Source: Patescibacteria group bacterium
GTDB lineage: Bacteria; Patescibacteriota; Minisyncoccia; Phycocordibacterales; Phycocordibacteraceae
Direction: 5' to 3'
Length of the DNA: 45,437 nucleotides
NCBI GenBank assembly: GCA_019752595.1
Contig: JAIELV010000003.1
Span: forward strand, 1 to 45,437
Position numbers and translations under genes: made by a program. The notes under the pieces are model-generated. The model ran no database searches. It was not told the origin of the DNA and saw nothing but the letters and a program-made list of their open reading frames with translations. Below, in pieces: positions 44,901 through 45,437 of the stretch (the stretch's first letter is position 1; every line of letters starts with the position of its first letter).

Positions 44901-45437
44901 TGTTACATACGAAGCGCGTACCGTCGTAGTACCAGATGCCGTTGGTGTTTGCACATGCCGTCGCATTCGTACCCCCTCCTGCTATACCAAGGTTCAGTGT
45001 TGAGGTTGCGGTGTACAGAATCGCCGTTCCCGCACCGTTCACATACGGAATGGTGTTTGCAGAGAAGTTTGCGGTGTTAAGTGCGCCAGTACCGCCTGAG
45101 GTGTAGACAAGACCGTTTCCTGTAAGATTCGACAACGTCGTGATGTTCTGTGATGCATTGACGTTGAATGCCGTACCTGTGTACGTCAGTCCCGTGCCTG
45201 CAGTGGTGGTCGCCGCACCAAACCATCCCGTGACGCCACCCTGTGTACCGTATGCCAACACTTGTCCAGGAGTGCCCGTGAAGAGATTGTTCGTGGTGGT
45301 TGCGATGGAGAGAGCTGAAGGAGTGGTGCCTAAGATAACCACAGGGTTTGAGAGTGCGAGTGCACCTGATGCAGTGAGTGTGGTGGTTGATACAGAACCC
45401 AAGGTCGTTCTGCCTGTGGTCTGCGTATAGTATGCAA
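38971..45437 (-). CDS. Giant Gly/Thr-rich surface fibre protein (5'-truncated) with two Kelch-like repeat blocks and a peptidase G2-like autoproteolytic chaperone domain
   Basis: The frame stays open past the track's start (45402) to the edge (AYYTQTTGRTTLGS...); G(I/L/F)GT(T/S)TP repeats; GADLAENY...GLVGRVPVKIS.ENG.IK.GD.LTS; acidic Pro/Glu tail. Confidence 0.9.
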   Translation of the reverse strand, partial: AYYTQTTGRTTLGSVSTTTLTASGALALSNPVVILGTTPSALSIATTTNNLFTGTPGQVLAYGTQGGVTGWFGAATTTAGTGLTYTGTAFNVNASQNITTLSNLTGNGLVYTSGGTGALNTANFSANTIPYVNGAGTAILYTATSTLNLGIAGGGTNATACANTNGIWYYDGTRFVCNTNTTANTLLVGNNAAPTFSASPTLGTSLTVPLLIGGTAAGSNLTLRSTSGTGIGADSIIFGLGNNGANEVARMTSLGFTGFGTTTPRWLVQLATSTRPQLALSDGSNTSNHWTFRSINGNLYIGLATPGGFATSTTAELTVGTTGNFGLGTTTPWGKLAIAGTSGQQNPLFEVGSSTASTRFVSVDGPSGLLSAFQGISATASSTIGDGTQAGGLTISGGATTTGNLKVLGNATTTNLAITALNCSSGAQLLQTDASGNVICGSDDGGSGGTPTGPEGAVQFYSGGSFGGDADLVWLSSTNRLGIGTSTPWVTIAASSTTALPLAVLDQRGSGGLLTLQQSGVDRFTVANAGGLTINTDSNSVSRTTSEDFALGTVGSGLNNTNGQLEMSEGTIPNSEKGTITTAGQPATSGTIGAGAMSILRADGKYLVIRGGGTGMDVYDSVAGTFTNSAQVLTAAAGAGAVALPRPSGQYRIVHGGGLTTTTVVDPQGNFAAYAGSAVNASNAGTVAALRSNGQYIMTNGGAATSQVYNPVADTFATGPSLTTGTTGAGALMLKTATSTYLLVVGGATGNTQLYRESSVGAGAANTGVFVAGPTMGTGCEINGAGSVALRRADGKYVVLSKINASTIYDPVLNTFTCRTSNGPGVALGDGAHAIPLQNGTFLVIVGGTSQASYIYNPNSDTFTSHGTNLTAVTTGAHSILRHDGTWQILVGGSTTSNNLDTGLPMSGAATQWTSDDISTTALNMGSILRWTADRQAQQSPGRNATSTLQFLVRTAVNSSGCTTPLNSAVDREVAFSGDLIKPDPTHNCIRVTVKMTRPFPEKIIDDRGVFRGNNSTVTRLDYQGPTLFDIYVDNSSFVRRNNFDFVFPNAASTSPVTEASGPVLTRVESLSDRLYLPFGRLTPTTQAGTTGFYIGTTSGAHPVLPTAAGTSTIVIARPNKTFVIIAANPTPVANAALYDPNTQQFSAQAGSNIPTAANGLGGFAYKRPDGRYLVVLGNNTATTNIYDPETNTFTAGPALSGNAGLGALAITNSDGTATIVHGNALTTSSLYDPVRQTSGTLPAGPTLTSAANCGSWAIPLRNGMYKVFQGAAVGAAGSTANMNYDPRAKIFSATAPVLSGAHGCGSFVVQQADGYWRSFAAGGGTNGVASALSSIINPDNGVTGVATAVTNAIGAGGGIMIPRPDGTFVVPQASSSIPSTIVFPWGGVPVAGGLPGSVVAGPTFAAPLAGGATAFQRPDGKFVIINGGGSTGTQFYDAGWYADGQYLSEQIQVPALPANTTLDWKKGPDNFVSFEIRTATSQANLATSSFRTIGKPGASINNAGGETWAQITVNFRRDFPTFDGVLNGAINGSVSGVMGAAGRAYAYRNVPVPTVYEFKLGSGSDLLDLQNEGISMLRVTANGNVYSSAVGGFFSGGADLAENYTSTQKLEPGEVVMNDPGNPLGVLRSRGQYNPTILGVVSTEPGFVAGSYTEDSFPIGLVGRVPVKISTENGSIKSGDPLTSASIAGYAMRATVSGRVLGRALEDFNEVDAVACPAEALGMLADTKCGSIMMFVNLVDFNGQSVDSALLEWKIAKAQEESALIEAGTPIPETDVEVGGVVFETREAEILDFLTQLKAQRADNPYGAVSEIFTDSLSAVVEVITPELIANNVRANALTTNKISGTTLGSLEMSIEGGTLVIRGKRAASAVSETSASSTEQAAAALLALDSASTTTEIASSTESSVVTLPEPEIEVVVSFDTEGNAFFAGDLIAKSISTGALAVSGPATFEGGLSVGTTGNASTTLAVMGDALFFGTPYFTSDTGGTAVVKKGARDVDVTFGREYVETPIVSASLAFGTTTDDAIIETILSEGVNYAVTKRHTTGFTIRLSKAAPEDMTFTWIALAVKDSKEFTSRTVESEPIITLPDLIPEDTSTTTPSGGGDVSTTTPDIAPIPEEEAVIEESPPAEEVSPGASSDTQPVEVVEEPTPEQA

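Noticed and set aside
39110-45430. Long plus-strand ORFs opposite the giant gene (e.g. 39374..40159)
   Set aside because: Antisense shadows of a biased-codon gene, with no recognisable motifs.
1-45437. Complete circular element (plasmid or phage)
   Set aside because: No terminal repeat, the direct join is out of frame, and the window carries secA and murB.
38971-45437. Many N-x-S/T sequons as evidence of N-glycosylation; CRISPR- or DGR-like repeats
   Set aside because: Sequons are expected by chance in an Asn/Ser/Thr-rich protein; the repeats are protein-level and diverged, with no cas or reverse transcriptase genes.

Overview
Chromosomal fragment that looks like a Patescibacteria/CPR (Parcubacteria-like) bacterium. 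This is inferred from the gene families, the scarcity of Shine-Dalgarno sites and the -10 boxes placed just before start codons; standard code 11. Left to right: (1) the N-terminal part of a HTH + transmembrane + Thr-rich surface-protein gene running off the left edge, missing from the ORF track; (2) a holin-family membrane protein, secA, a tiny Lys/Ala-rich ORF among hairpins, murB, and a GIY-YIG mini-gene bracketed by perfect 21-bp inverted repeats with structured non-coding DNA upstream; (3) a ~24-kb surface-glycan locus with O-antigen-ligase/TPR, GT-C, GtrA/GtrB-like, rmlBAD, 2,3-dehydratase, 3-ketoreductase, two sugar C-methyltransferases, gmd, a flippase, several more methyltransferases and two frameshifted genes; (4) a surface-structure locus with three cohesin proteins, one dockerin protein, three paralogous small membrane proteins, two class-A-beta-lactamase-like hydrolases, and a >2150-aa fibre-like protein with two Kelch-like propellers and an autoproteolytic chaperone domain running off the right edge. 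No rRNA, tRNA, CRISPR array or transposase was recognised. All family calls come from motif recognition by eye, not database searches.
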